DNA of 64,000 bases from the IMG/VR virus record IMGVR_UViG_2681812962_000001, positions 1 to 64,000 of that record; one strand, 5' to 3'. Below the pieces are notes generated by a model that saw only the letters and a program-made list of their open reading frames with translations, was not told the origin of the DNA and did not search any database. The stretch is from a virus (taxonomy: Duplodnaviria > Caudoviricetes). The position numbers were made by a program, and so were the translations under genes. Of the stretch, positions 51,374-61,489 are shown piece by piece (within the stretch, counting starts at the first letter, position 1; every line of letters begins with the position of its first letter).

Positions 51374-51870
51374 CATGATAAGTAAAGAAGGGTATGCTTT
51401 CCCTTCTACATACTGAGATAAAATAAAATTATATAACAGACCAATCAACTTAAAGCGGTAACTTATTCATTAAATATCAAAACGTATAACAGCACGTCCG
51501 ATTAGTTACGGGGACTTTTTAGCGGATCCTCAATTCAAGAGGAGGACTCAATGGACCCTTAAGCAATGACGAGTTAAAAGATTCAGCTTTCATACGCAAA
51601 ATAACTAATTAAAGGTGTAATTGAGTTGTTTGAACGATATGCATTAAAAGAAAGGGTATCACAATCAAAATTCCAAAGGAACGGGAAGAATATTGTTCAA
51701 CGCTAAACTACATGCTACATTGAACCGTTAATTATAATACCCTGATCAATTCCAGTTTGATACAATAGTGGGTGGTAGAGACTATAAAATACTTTGAAGT
51801 ATACTTTTAAGTCTTTTGCAAATCATTGAGAAAAATGTCTTCTTAGAATTAAATAACCAGGAGAGTAAAA

Positions 51871-52839
51871 ATGAAATATTTTTATATTGCTAGATTAAAC
51901 GGACTGAAGATTGAAGGTAAGTTAAATAGAGGGATTCAAGTAGTAGACAATTTACGTATCTCCAATAACAAAGATAGAATAGAAAAAAAATGTGACGATT
52001 TTTTTAAACACCTGGTTGGTAAGTTAGAATATGATCATTTATTTGAAGGTAGTTATGTCTATGCTGAAGGTGATTACGAATTTGATAAGCATAATGATGA
52101 AGCAAAGAGAATGGATCTATTAAACTATTTCTTGAAGGTAAGTCAAGTTGTAAGTTCTTGTCTTTGGTTAATTAAAGATAATAGTATTTCAACAGAACAA
52201 GGTTTCTTATATATTTACGGAAACGAATTCATAAAAAAATCTGTTAGTTCAAATGGTAGAACAAATAATTTCCTAAACGCTACCGGGAATAGAGTGGAAA
52301 CATTATATACTTTAGATGAGCTTAAACAAGGCTTAGATATCAATCAAAAACAATTCAACAGTAAAGATATGGCTAGGTTAGATAATGCAGCAGCGGCTGA
52401 TATGGTTACAAATAAGGCTACTCGTTTAGAAAGGTTTAATAATTTCCTCGATACTGCAAGAACCGAGATTTATGTACCAAACAAAATTTCGACGTATTGT
52501 ACTGCCTTAGAAACACTCCTTTCAACCGATAACCAAGAAATCGGGCATAAAATAGCAGAAAGACTAGCAAGATTATTAGGTAAAGACTCTACTGAGAGAA
52601 TAGAGATCTTTAACTTTATCAAACTAGCCTATGGTATTAGGTCAGCAAATGTTCATGGCGATAAATTGCCGAAGAAGTTTCGAGATCTTAATGCACAGTA
52701 TGAAGTGTCAATTAAGCTAGATAATTACATACGTAAATTTTTCACACTTGTTTTAGAAAATGAAGAGCTGATTACCTTATACGAAGGTGATAATAAAGAG
52801 GATTTAAATATGTACTACAGAGAGCTAATTTTTACTTAA
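51871..52839 (+). CDS. HEPN-domain protein (ApeA-like), putative anti-phage RNase
   Basis: ALETLL..YGIRSANVHG (Rx4H). Confidence 0.72.
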   Translation: MKYFYIARLNGLKIEGKLNRGIQVVDNLRISNNKDRIEKKCDDFFKHLVGKLEYDHLFEGSYVYAEGDYEFDKHNDEAKRMDLLNYFLKVSQVVSSCLWLIKDNSISTEQGFLYIYGNEFIKKSVSSNGRTNNFLNATGNRVETLYTLDELKQGLDINQKQFNSKDMARLDNAAAADMVTNKATRLERFNNFLDTARTEIYVPNKISTYCTALETLLSTDNQEIGHKIAERLARLLGKDSTERIEIFNFIKLAYGIRSANVHGDKLPKKFRDLNAQYEVSIKLDNYIRKFFTLVLENEELITLYEGDNKEDLNMYYRELIFT

Positions 52840-52950
52840 TAAAATGAATCCCAATCTTTAACAGAATCGGATATCACTCCTTTAGCTAAGGATATTAATA
52901 CCAAATTAAAGAACCTTGAATAAGTTAGACAATATTGTGAAAGAAGTGAT

Positions 52951-53688
52951 TTGATGAAGGTGAATGTGAAGAGCATGTGCCCTGAATGCAACAGAACAAA
53001 TAGAGATAATTCCCAGCTAATTGACGTTAATGTACCTTTAAATGAATCGGGTATATATACAGTGGAGTGTAGTTTTGGACATAAGACACGACATATTATG
53101 GGTGTTCAGCATTTCGAAGTTTTATTTGAGTTAGGTATTATGTCATTATTAGATGGATACTATCGGGAAAGTATACCAAATTTCACTGCCGCGTATGAAC
53201 GCTTTTATGAGTACTGTATCCACCTATTCTTGATAAAAAACAATGTGGGGGTAAAAGAAAGAAAGGCTACTTGGAAAAGAGTGTCAAATAACTCAGAATA
53301 TCAAGCTGCTGCATTTTATTATATGTATCTAAATGAATTCAAAGAAGTACCTCCTGAAGTAGATCAGAAAAAAATAAAGGCTTTTCGCAATAAGGTTGTT
53401 CATAAAGGTTACTTTCCTCAAGAAGAGGAAACTCTTGAATATGCTAGGTATTGTTACGAATATATTGTTGGGATTCTTCAGAAAATGTTTTCAAATGAAG
53501 AGTTTCGTGTTTCCTCCTTCCACTTTGATGTAGAGGGTAGGTTTTCTCAAGAGGAAGGTTTGGATACGACAAGTATAGTTCCAATTACAATGATAGGTAC
53601 ACAAACTGGAGCACAAGATTTCAGTGATCGTGATTTTGATGAAAGATTGGATTATATTAAAAACCATAAACGTTGGATTATTAAATAA
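52951..53688 (+). CDS. Zn-finger plus HEPN-like protein
   Basis: CPEC..CSFGH; AAYERF..FRNKVVHKG (Rx4H). Confidence 0.6.
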   Translation: MMKVNVKSMCPECNRTNRDNSQLIDVNVPLNESGIYTVECSFGHKTRHIMGVQHFEVLFELGIMSLLDGYYRESIPNFTAAYERFYEYCIHLFLIKNNVGVKERKATWKRVSNNSEYQAAAFYYMYLNEFKEVPPEVDQKKIKAFRNKVVHKGYFPQEEETLEYARYCYEYIVGILQKMFSNEEFRVSSFHFDVEGRFSQEEGLDTTSIVPITMIGTQTGAQDFSDRDFDERLDYIKNHKRWIIK

Positions 53689-53800
53689 AGCATCCCAAGT
53701 AGGGTGCTTTTTCTATTAGAGTTGTAGATAACTACGACGGAGCCTAGGGCAACACGCATAAAAGGAAAGGATTGAAATTGAAGAAATACATACTGGATGC

Positions 53801-54037
53801 CTATGATCTTGATTCGATAAGATGATATGGATCTTTTACCCTTGATCTGACAGTGTGCACTTTTGGATGTGCTCTATATATTTCGGCTATTGCATTAGCA
53901 TGTGTTTCTAATTAGCTGAATCTTGTTTTATGATGATTGAAAATATCAACCAAACTTGTCCATACGATACCTATTTCATTAAGCATTTCTTGATTTATAT
54001 CATAATCCTTAAACAGTAATTTCTTTACTAATGTCAT
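53801..54037 (-). pseudogene. Remnant of a RelA/SpoT-domain (small alarmone synthetase-like) gene
   Basis: In-frame TAA at 53912-53914; continuation reads ..KVHTVRSRVKDPYHLIE, then truncates; RBS AAGGGGG. Confidence 0.6.
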
Positions 54038-54252
54038 TTGTAATCCCCCTTATCTATTGTATTATCATACCTCTGTGTGTATTAAATGTGCATTTAATAT
54101 CTCGAACTGAAGATCTATTGTATAATGTAGGGTACTACTAACAATTGTGGTTATTAATACCTTATATTTTTAAGTTAAAGATATATTAGGAGTAGTAATC
54201 ACTTCAGCTGACAATTAAATTTCAGTTTTATAGAGAGAAAGAGAGAGATACT

Positions 54253-54939
54253 ATGGCATTTGAAGATACCTATAACAATATAAAATCAAAAGTAGCGACT
54301 ATGGAAGCAACAGTAAGAGTAGATAAAATTCAACAAGATGGAATATTAATTCATACAGTAGAGGACTTTCTGAAGCTGTGTAGCACTTTAAAATCAGAAA
54401 TAGTATTTTATCAGTACATCAGTTATGATCCAGAATCCTATCTTATACGGACAGACAGAGAATATCACAACGTTAAAGCCTTAAACGATGAAATAATTAA
54501 TAAAATAATTGGATACAATAATTCGCTTCCAGGTTTCAATTCTGATGAACCTATACAACTTATTGTTTACCAAGTTTGCTTTGGTCAGATCTATTTCTAT
54601 TATGAGGTCAACGAACGTTATTTGCATCTAGTTGAACCAGACATAGAATTAGAAAATATCATATTAGATGTGACAGAGAACATAAGTGATCAAGAAATTA
54701 ATGACTTAAGAAATCAAGAGATTAAGGCTAATAGGAATCAGCTCAGTGAGGTAGTAGAAATCATAACCAATCATAAAGTGTTCCAAGCAGCAACTAATGA
54801 GGCTAGCACAAAAGAATTTGCTATAAGCTTTTTTGATGAGTATCCAGAGTATTATAAAGTTATTAATAAAGCTCAACACATTCACCCTATTAAGTATGTT
54901 ATAAATTTGGGCATTAAATATCGCAAAGCAAATAAATGA
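54253..54939 (+). CDS. Hypothetical protein
   Basis: 228-aa ORF in accessory cluster. Confidence 0.6.
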   Translation: MAFEDTYNNIKSKVATMEATVRVDKIQQDGILIHTVEDFLKLCSTLKSEIVFYQYISYDPESYLIRTDREYHNVKALNDEIINKIIGYNNSLPGFNSDEPIQLIVYQVCFGQIYFYYEVNERYLHLVEPDIELENIILDVTENISDQEINDLRNQEIKANRNQLSEVVEIITNHKVFQAATNEASTKEFAISFFDEYPEYYKVINKAQHIHPIKYVINLGIKYRKANK

Positions 54940-54996
54940 ATGGTTATTAGGATAAAATACGGATTTTATTAAACGGTAAGAGTGGAGGGTATATTC

Positions 54997-55809
54997 TTGA
55001 ATGAAGACAAAAAAAACGATAAACAAGGTCACTATTACTTAGCCACATTACTCGTAAGGCTATTCCCGAATCAAATAAGAACTATTAGAGAGAAAACTAC
55101 ACATGTGGCAAGAGATTTATTAAAGGCTCTGCAAGAAATGCAACAGGATATTGAAATTATAAGTGAGGTAGAATCTGAGTTAAAAAAAACTCTACTTCAA
55201 TTAGGATTCCCACCCAACTTGGATCATCTATATACTAGAAGCTATAGTGAACTACTATGCAAAATAAGGAGCTCACATACTGAAGATCAATTACTGAAAG
55301 ATCTAAACGAATATATGTGTAATTTATTTAATGATGAGGTTATTGACGAAATTTTTATGGAATGGGAAAGTTTTCACTCAATTAATAGGAGACGAAAAAT
55401 CTTACATGAAATTATAGAGTGTCACAAACACGGATTTTATTTTACATCTATTCCGGCTGCCCTTACTCAGATTGAAGGGAGCGTTATGGATGCTTTCAAA
55501 ATCACTGGTGAAACGAAAAATGGAGCTCATTATATTATGCTGGAAGAGCTTTTAGAAACTGATTTTGAAAAAGAGGTACATGTTTTTTATACAGATCATA
55601 TTAAGGGAAGGTTTATTTTAGGTGCTGATTTAAGAAACGCTATAGGAAGAAATGCGATACTTCACGGCTATGATACTGGTTATGGTACAGAACTAAGTTC
55701 GTTAAAAGTCATTCTATTTTTAGACTATCTATTCAAAAGAATAGAACTTTTAGATGATAGTGATATAAAACCTTTTTTAGAAAGGAATAGAAATAGAATA
55801 TTTAAATAA
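54997..55809 (+). CDS. HEPN-like protein
   Basis: LTQIEG..GRNAILHG (Rx4H); TTG start after GGAGGG. Confidence 0.6.
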   Translation: MNEDKKNDKQGHYYLATLLVRLFPNQIRTIREKTTHVARDLLKALQEMQQDIEIISEVESELKKTLLQLGFPPNLDHLYTRSYSELLCKIRSSHTEDQLLKDLNEYMCNLFNDEVIDEIFMEWESFHSINRRRKILHEIIECHKHGFYFTSIPAALTQIEGSVMDAFKITGETKNGAHYIMLEELLETDFEKEVHVFYTDHIKGRFILGADLRNAIGRNAILHGYDTGYGTELSSLKVILFLDYLFKRIELLDDSDIKPFLERNRNRIFK

Positions 55810-56136
55810 GGAGCATACTTGTTTGGAGTTTTAGTTAATCAAAACTTTTTGAACAATGGATAAACAAGAGGCATTCCAGAAGGCATTTTAGCCATATTTC
55901 TAATGGTGCTTTAAAGAGACAAAATAGGGGGTGGGACAATAGATTTAAATAAAACCAGTAAACCAGTCTTTTATTTGTTAAAGTTTTAGATATAAGCAAT
56001 GAAGATGAAAGTTTATTGAAGGTGGACTTGAGGATGACTTAATTCCTTCCCTTGTAACTTTACATAAGAAAAGACCGGTCAAAACTTTCTAGTGTGTAGA
56101 AGTGGTTACGACATATAAGTGAAATAAAATAAATTA

Positions 56137-56165
56137 TTGACCTATAATTAGTATAGTTTTATAAT
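56137..56165 (+). promoter_or_regulatory. SigA promoter
   Basis: TTGACC-N17-TATAAT preceded by AAATAAAATAAATT. Confidence 0.7.
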
Positions 56166-56198
56166 TTAGTTCTAATCAAATTAGTGGGGTAAATTAAA

Positions 56199-56523
56199 AT
56201 GAACTTAATTAAATGGGCAGTGAATGATATAAATAATCTTATCTGACTGAGTTATGGATCGAGCGAGATGCTTATATTGATACTTTAGAATTGCGAGGTA
56301 TAAGACCAGTTTGTCATCTAGTGCGATTACAAGTAAAACAATCAAAGATTACCACGAGGAGTACAACCAATATAAGCAAAACTGTTTAGATATTCGGATT
56401 CCATACCATTGTTTCGATAGTTGGTTACTAAACCAGAGTTTAGAGAAGAAAGGATTAAACAAAGAGGGAAAAACTAGCTGTATTAGGCTCAATGCCATAA
56501 CTCAATTAAAGAGAAGGCTGTAA
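56199..56523 (+). pseudogene. Degraded gene downstream of a strong promoter
   Basis: ATG at 56199 closes after 15 codons; coding-like segments continue in other frames. Confidence 0.4.
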
Positions 56524-57119
56524 TTAGGAGCAGACTGAAGAACGAATTTAGTATTGAAGTTTATTCCAGAGGAGGGCAACGTTCTTTGTGAGCATTAAAT
56601 TTGTATATTAATATATAAAATAAAATTACATATTTATTTATATTTGTTAAGTTGTAAATAGAAAAAAGACGATAAATTAACAAATGATTTAGCTTGCTTG
56701 GAGTAAAAAAACACCTCACCCCTTGATATATAAATTCTGTCAGCATAGACGATTCAATCTAATGCAAGCCATAATGGCAAGTTTGCCAATAGAATGGTTA
56801 GCCAGTATAACGAACAACATTATAAAACAACTTTGTATGTAGAATTTAGATAATGCAGGTCAGTACACTTTTTTAGTTAAAATGAACCTGAAGGAAAACT
56901 TGAAGAGCGATCGGTTTTTAAACTTTGAAGATGTTTATGAATAAGAGTATAAGTTAATTTAATTCACTTATATATAATTAATTTGTATACTAATTAAAAG
57001 GCACATTTTATCTCAAAAACCTAGATAAATTTGGGTCTTTTAGTTGTGTTCTAAAATCACATATGATAAGATTTATTCAAATAAAATAAAATGAATGGAA
57101 ATATGAGTGGAGGGGTATA

Positions 57120-57287
57120 ATGTTAACAGAGATCTTTGATTATTATAAGAGAAACATTCGTCGGTTGAATGAAAAACAATTGAAGAAAACTTTGCATGAT
57201 ATCAATAAAACTCAACGATTGCTGCATGTGGGAATCAATGAATTAAAAGTGAAACAGAAGGAAGAAATGAGGTGTCTAAATGGGTGA
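57120..57287 (+). CDS. Small 55-aa protein leading the yopPQR operon (not in ORF track)
   Basis: RBS GGAGG; MLTEIFDYYKRNIRRL..; overlaps the next start. Confidence 0.55.
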   Translation: MLTEIFDYYKRNIRRLNEKQLKKTLHDINKTQRLLHVGINELKVKQKEEMRCLNG

Positions 57288-58300
57288 TTCTATAATAAAA
57301 TTTCCGAGCACTTCACTTCAAGAAGATATCTACATATATCTAGAAGAATTGCAAAATCACTCACCTAATACTCGAGAAAGTTATGAGAGGGATATCAGAG
57401 AGTTTTTCTTTTTTAAACCAGTTGAAAAAAAATTAGAACATGTATATGAAAACGATATGAAACAAATTAGAAAAACTGATTTATTAAGTTATAGAAACTA
57501 TCTCTCTACAATAAAGAATAATAGCAATAAAACTATAAATATTAAGATCTATTAAAAGTTTCTTTCGTTTCTTTGCTTCAGAGTTTAATCTTAACCTATC
57601 TATTTTTGATTTCAGACAATTAACTGAACCAACTGATAGAACATATGATCCAATTAGTATTACTGAAGTTGACTTATTTACAGATGCTGCATTAAGATTT
57701 GAACTTCACAACGCTAGATCTAAATGTAATCTATTGAAATTTGCAGCCAGAACCTCTTTAAGGCTTTCTGAGTGTCTAAACATCTTAAAAAGAGACTTGG
57801 TGGTATGTAAGGACTATGTAAAAGTAAAAGCATTACAAAAAGGAAAGAAAGAATTTGAAACAGCAATCTCTATTGATTTTTATCGAGAGTTATTAGAGAG
57901 TGGACTAAAAAATTTGTCGGATAATGATAAAGTCTTTGGTGAACTAAAAGCAAGAACAATTGAGACTATGATTCAAAGGTTAAAAAAGCACATAGGATTT
58001 TCTGAGGATCGTAATATAGTGTTTCATAGTTTTAGGGGAGTAGCAATAAATTATGAGTACGATGTCTCAGGGGATATTAAGAAGGCTATGCTACAAGGCA
58101 ATCATAGTAATTCTGTAACTACTTTCAAATATTATCTTGATAAACAGAGAGACCTTTCAAATGCACCAGGCGTTAAAATGGATAAAGAAGAAAATAGAGA
58201 ATTCTTAAAAGAACTCTCCAAAGAAGACTATATGAATTTTTTTGAGAATGTTAAAATAGATACATTAAATGAATTAAAAAGATATTTGAAGAATAGATAA
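57280..58300 (+). pseudogene. yopP: Frameshifted tyrosine-recombinase-family gene (YopP/SroD-like)
   Basis: SAM-like domain to ..NKTINIK, frameshift near 57547, then SIKSFFRF..RTSLRLSE, HSFR, GNH, KYY. Confidence 0.75.
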
Positions 58301-58314
58301 AAAGGAATGATTTC

Positions 58315-59643
58315 ATGGTACAATTACTCACAGAAGAATCGGTTTCGACATTAACCGACAAATTAATCGAGACAATTGACTCTTTAAGACACGAAAAGAA
58401 ATTTACAAGTAACATTAAACAATTTTTAGCAACTAATTACAGCTTGTCTCCAGGACAGGTGCAAGGAATTATTAATGATACTTCTAAAATAAAAGGACTT
58501 AACTCCCCAGAACTCTATGTGTATGCTGAAGCAGTCTACAACTTTACTGAAAAGGAGGAAGTAGATCCTGATAAATATTATCCAACGAGAATGGCAAAAG
58601 AGATAGCTACAGAATTTAAGGGAGAAACAGAGGAAACTGTTTCATTTCCGTATGTATTTGAAGGTATTGAACAAGTTGCTGAGGACGACTTTATTGGTAC
58701 TATAAAAGCCTCTGAAATTAAAAAGCTAATGGATAGTCAACTTATACAATATAACTTTGATACTCAAAGAGAGGCACGACTAAGAAAAAACAGCAAGACA
58801 GAAGAAATAATCCCAATTCCTAAAGTCAATGAATCAAGTGTGAATGAAATAGTTAATCTAATTAAGAATGATGATTTAATTTCTTCAATGCTTACTTTTA
58901 ATGCGCGCTTAGGATCTGGAGACACTCCTGGAGAAGAAATAATATATAATTCAGATGATCGGACTTTAACGATAAATCCTGGTACACTGTTTGACTGTAT
59001 GGATGGATTTCACCGGGTCTCCGGAATTGTAACTGCATTACTACAATATCCTGATAAGGACATGATCTTTAAGATAAACATTCTAAACTTTACAGTGGAG
59101 AAAGCTCGAGCATACTTTGCACAAATGAATACGGTTAATCCAGTATCAAAAGCACAGATTGAGCGTTTTGCTAAAAAGAATTATTCTACATTTGTTGTAG
59201 AACAATTAGAGTACTCAAGTGAACTTAAGAGTAGAGTTTCAACTTCTCATGGTATGAATAGTAAAGCAGTAGTAACCTTTAATACGTTAACGGCAGCAAT
59301 AGATGAAAATTGGTCACTAAAAAATAAGTTTGAAGCTATTCAACTAAGTAAATATCTTGGAGAGTTTATAAATAACTTGTTCTATGCATATCCAGAGGAA
59401 TTTCTAGGAGATAGTAAAACATCTCGGCCATATTTAACTATGAATAATATGTTTTTCGGTTATATGAAATTGGCTAAAAGGATGCAGGAGAATAATGTTA
59501 GTCTAATGAATTTAAATAGCATTTTAGATAAGATAGATTTTTCAAAAGATAGTAAAGACTTTACAAGCACTAAGGGAAAAGGTGCTAAACAACAGTTGGA
59601 TATTATAAGGAATGTGTTTAGTGATATTAGTGTTACAATTTAG
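58315..59643 (+). CDS. yopQ: ParB/DndB (DGQHR)-like protein (YopQ/SroE-like)
   Basis: QYNFDTQR, MDGFHRV, QMNT; between two recombinase-fold genes. Confidence 0.78.
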   Translation: MVQLLTEESVSTLTDKLIETIDSLRHEKKFTSNIKQFLATNYSLSPGQVQGIINDTSKIKGLNSPELYVYAEAVYNFTEKEEVDPDKYYPTRMAKEIATEFKGETEETVSFPYVFEGIEQVAEDDFIGTIKASEIKKLMDSQLIQYNFDTQREARLRKNSKTEEIIPIPKVNESSVNEIVNLIKNDDLISSMLTFNARLGSGDTPGEEIIYNSDDRTLTINPGTLFDCMDGFHRVSGIVTALLQYPDKDMIFKINILNFTVEKARAYFAQMNTVNPVSKAQIERFAKKNYSTFVVEQLEYSSELKSRVSTSHGMNSKAVVTFNTLTAAIDENWSLKNKFEAIQLSKYLGEFINNLFYAYPEEFLGDSKTSRPYLTMNNMFFGYMKLAKRMQENNVSLMNLNSILDKIDFSKDSKDFTSTKGKGAKQQLDIIRNVFSDISVTI

Positions 59644-59654
59644 GAGGAAATCTT

Positions 59655-60638
59655 ATGGCTAAGCTGTACAATAATGAAATGAAAGAGGCTTTCTTAAGAC
59701 ATTTAGAAAAAACCCATAATGAAGAAACAGCTAAAGTTTATATGTATTCTTTAAAGAGAGCAAAGGAAATGGAAGAGTTTTTAAATAAAGATCTTTCAAC
59801 ATTTACAGAGAAACAAATTTTAGAAGTAATAATGGCTGGGGATCATGCTAGTGAAACTGCAGCTAGAAGTGTATTAACTCATTTAAGAAGTTATATTAAT
59901 TGGGCAATTGTAAATGGCTTAACCTCTTCTAATATTAATATGGCGGATAGAATTACAACAGATCATTTAAAAACAGCGATTGGGCACAATAAGAAGTTCC
60001 ATATAACCGAAAAGGATTTAATCGAGCTAGAAAACAACCTTGTTAACGCGCAAGATAAGGTGGTTGTTCGACTTATATTTGAAGGTGTATTTGGTAAACA
60101 ATTTGCAGAGATAAGAAATTTGAAAAAAGATGATATAGATACAACAAATAATAGTATATTGTTAACTGATTTGAAAAATGAACAGAGGAATCTTAAAGTT
60201 AGTAGTACATGTATTAAGGTAATTAAAGATGCTTTAGATCAAGAGAATTATGAATACAATAACGGTAAGTCTACAACATCAGTAAAAGATGCACCACTAT
60301 TAGATAACGGATTTGTAATAAGACAGAAATTGGCCGGAAGAAACCGAGAAGGCTCAAATGAACCTATACCTAGTTTTCATATATATCGTATTTTTGATGT
60401 GTTAAAAACAGTAACTAACAACCCATATCTAGATCCAAACAAAGTGAGACAATCTGGACAGCTTTATTGTGGATATAAACACCTAATGGATGGCGGCACT
60501 TTAGACAATGACTTTTATGATAAATTATCAGATCGGTTCAATATATCAAAAAGACAAAATTTCCATAAGTTAAAAAATGAGGTTAATGAAGAGTCAATTA
60601 ATAGTTTATATAGCATTAAAGAAAACCATCCAAGCTAA
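59655..60638 (+). CDS. yopR: Master repressor MrpR/YopR-like (catalytically degenerate tyrosine-recombinase fold)
   Basis: LYNNEMKEAFL; LVNAQDKVVVRLIFEG lacks the catalytic Arg; PNKVRQSG lacks the His of HxxR. Confidence 0.8.
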   Translation: MAKLYNNEMKEAFLRHLEKTHNEETAKVYMYSLKRAKEMEEFLNKDLSTFTEKQILEVIMAGDHASETAARSVLTHLRSYINWAIVNGLTSSNINMADRITTDHLKTAIGHNKKFHITEKDLIELENNLVNAQDKVVVRLIFEGVFGKQFAEIRNLKKDDIDTTNNSILLTDLKNEQRNLKVSSTCIKVIKDALDQENYEYNNGKSTTSVKDAPLLDNGFVIRQKLAGRNREGSNEPIPSFHIYRIFDVLKTVTNNPYLDPNKVRQSGQLYCGYKHLMDGGTLDNDFYDKLSDRFNISKRQNFHKLKNEVNEESINSLYSIKENHPS

Positions 60639-60652
60639 GAAGGGTGGTTTTT
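60622..60652 (+). terminator. Intrinsic terminator after yopR
   Basis: AAAACCATCC..GGGTGGTTTTTT. Confidence 0.65.
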
Positions 60653-60799
60653 TGCTGGAGTTAGTAAAATAAAATACAAAAAAATGTGGTAACCCGGGAT
60701 ATCTTATAGTAAAATGGTAGCAAATCAACTTAAATATGTAAAAAGAATGCCCTTACAGAAGATGCGGAATTCACATTTAGTAAAAAGGTAGTAATCCAT

Positions 60800-60960
60800 T
60801 TAGATCGCTGTGCATTGCAGTGCAGGGAGAAGCCATCTCCCTGCACTGCGGAGGTTATTCTTTATCAACCCACTCAATAGATCGTCGTCTACGCGGCAAT
60901 TTAGCGCAAAGGCGATTTAACGGGCTGTAGCAATGTTCATTGATGGTATCTGCCCGGTTA
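60800..60960 (+). ncRNA. Candidate structured ncRNA
   Basis: GC-rich island with a perfect 14-bp hairpin (60817-60849) inside a closing stem (60800-60808/60912-60920); candidate upstream promoter 60687-60715. Confidence 0.4.
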
Positions 60961-61184
60961 CATAGTTAAGCCTATATCTTCCAAAATCTAGCTAATTCAA
61001 ATAATGACCCTTTCATGATATTGTCAACGGACAGTCTCATCGTGTTAAATTGCTTGCATGTCAGCTGGGTAATGATACCTATTATTAGTCCTATAAACGT
61101 TCTGCTTATAGGCAATACATTACATAAATTTGCATATTTGCTGGAAAAATGCACGAACACAATGTATAATTAAAAGAACAAAAG

Positions 61185-61198
61185 CGAACATTTGTTCT
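61185..61198 (+). promoter_or_regulatory. LexA (Cheo/SOS) box downstream of a -10 TATAAT
   Basis: CGAAC-ATTT-GTTCT; TATAAT at 61165-61170. Confidence 0.65.
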
Positions 61199-61243
61199 TA
61201 TTTAAATTAAAATGGCAAATTTTATTCTTAGGAGAGAGATAAC

Positions 61244-61489
61244 TTGAGTAAAAAAATAGCGCAGGTAAGCCTTACAGTCAATGTAACAGTTCTAGTAGAT
61301 GTAGAACAGGATCCAGCAGACACCGAAGAACAGCTCAGAGAGGCTGCAATTGAAGCTCAAGATGATCTCTATGTTACTCAAGATGGGGAACGCAAAAAGT
61401 TAAGAATTGAAGGCATACACGTTGATGATGCTTACGTACTTGAAGATGAAGAAATAACTGGATCATACATAGAAGATCTTGAAAGGTAA
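61244..61489 (+). CDS. Small acidic hypothetical protein, likely SOS-inducible
   Basis: RBS AGGAG; LexA box upstream; terminator hairpin about 61485-61534. Confidence 0.65.
   Translation: MSKKIAQVSLTVNVTVLVDVEQDPADTEEQLREAAIEAQDDLYVTQDGERKKLRIEGIHVDDAYVLEDEEITGSYIEDLER

Larger units (their letters stand above)
1..61489. mobile_element. SPbeta-like prophage/temperate phage segment (boundaries not visible)
   Basis: Gene order and recognisable proteins collinear with B. subtilis SPbeta yom/yon late genes and yopPQR; no att sites or serine integrase seen in the window. Confidence 0.9.

Noticed and set aside
51551-51706. Possible gene after GGAGG at ~51541
   Set aside because: Multiple in-frame stops; too degraded to call
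57540-57555. Programmed frameshift in yopP
   Set aside because: No recognisable shift signal and residues appear to be missing; a small deletion or error is more likely
60800-60960. tRNA, hammerhead/pistol ribozyme or retron msr-msd
   Set aside because: No T-loop/cloverleaf, no CUGAUGA..GAAA core, no reverse transcriptase in the window
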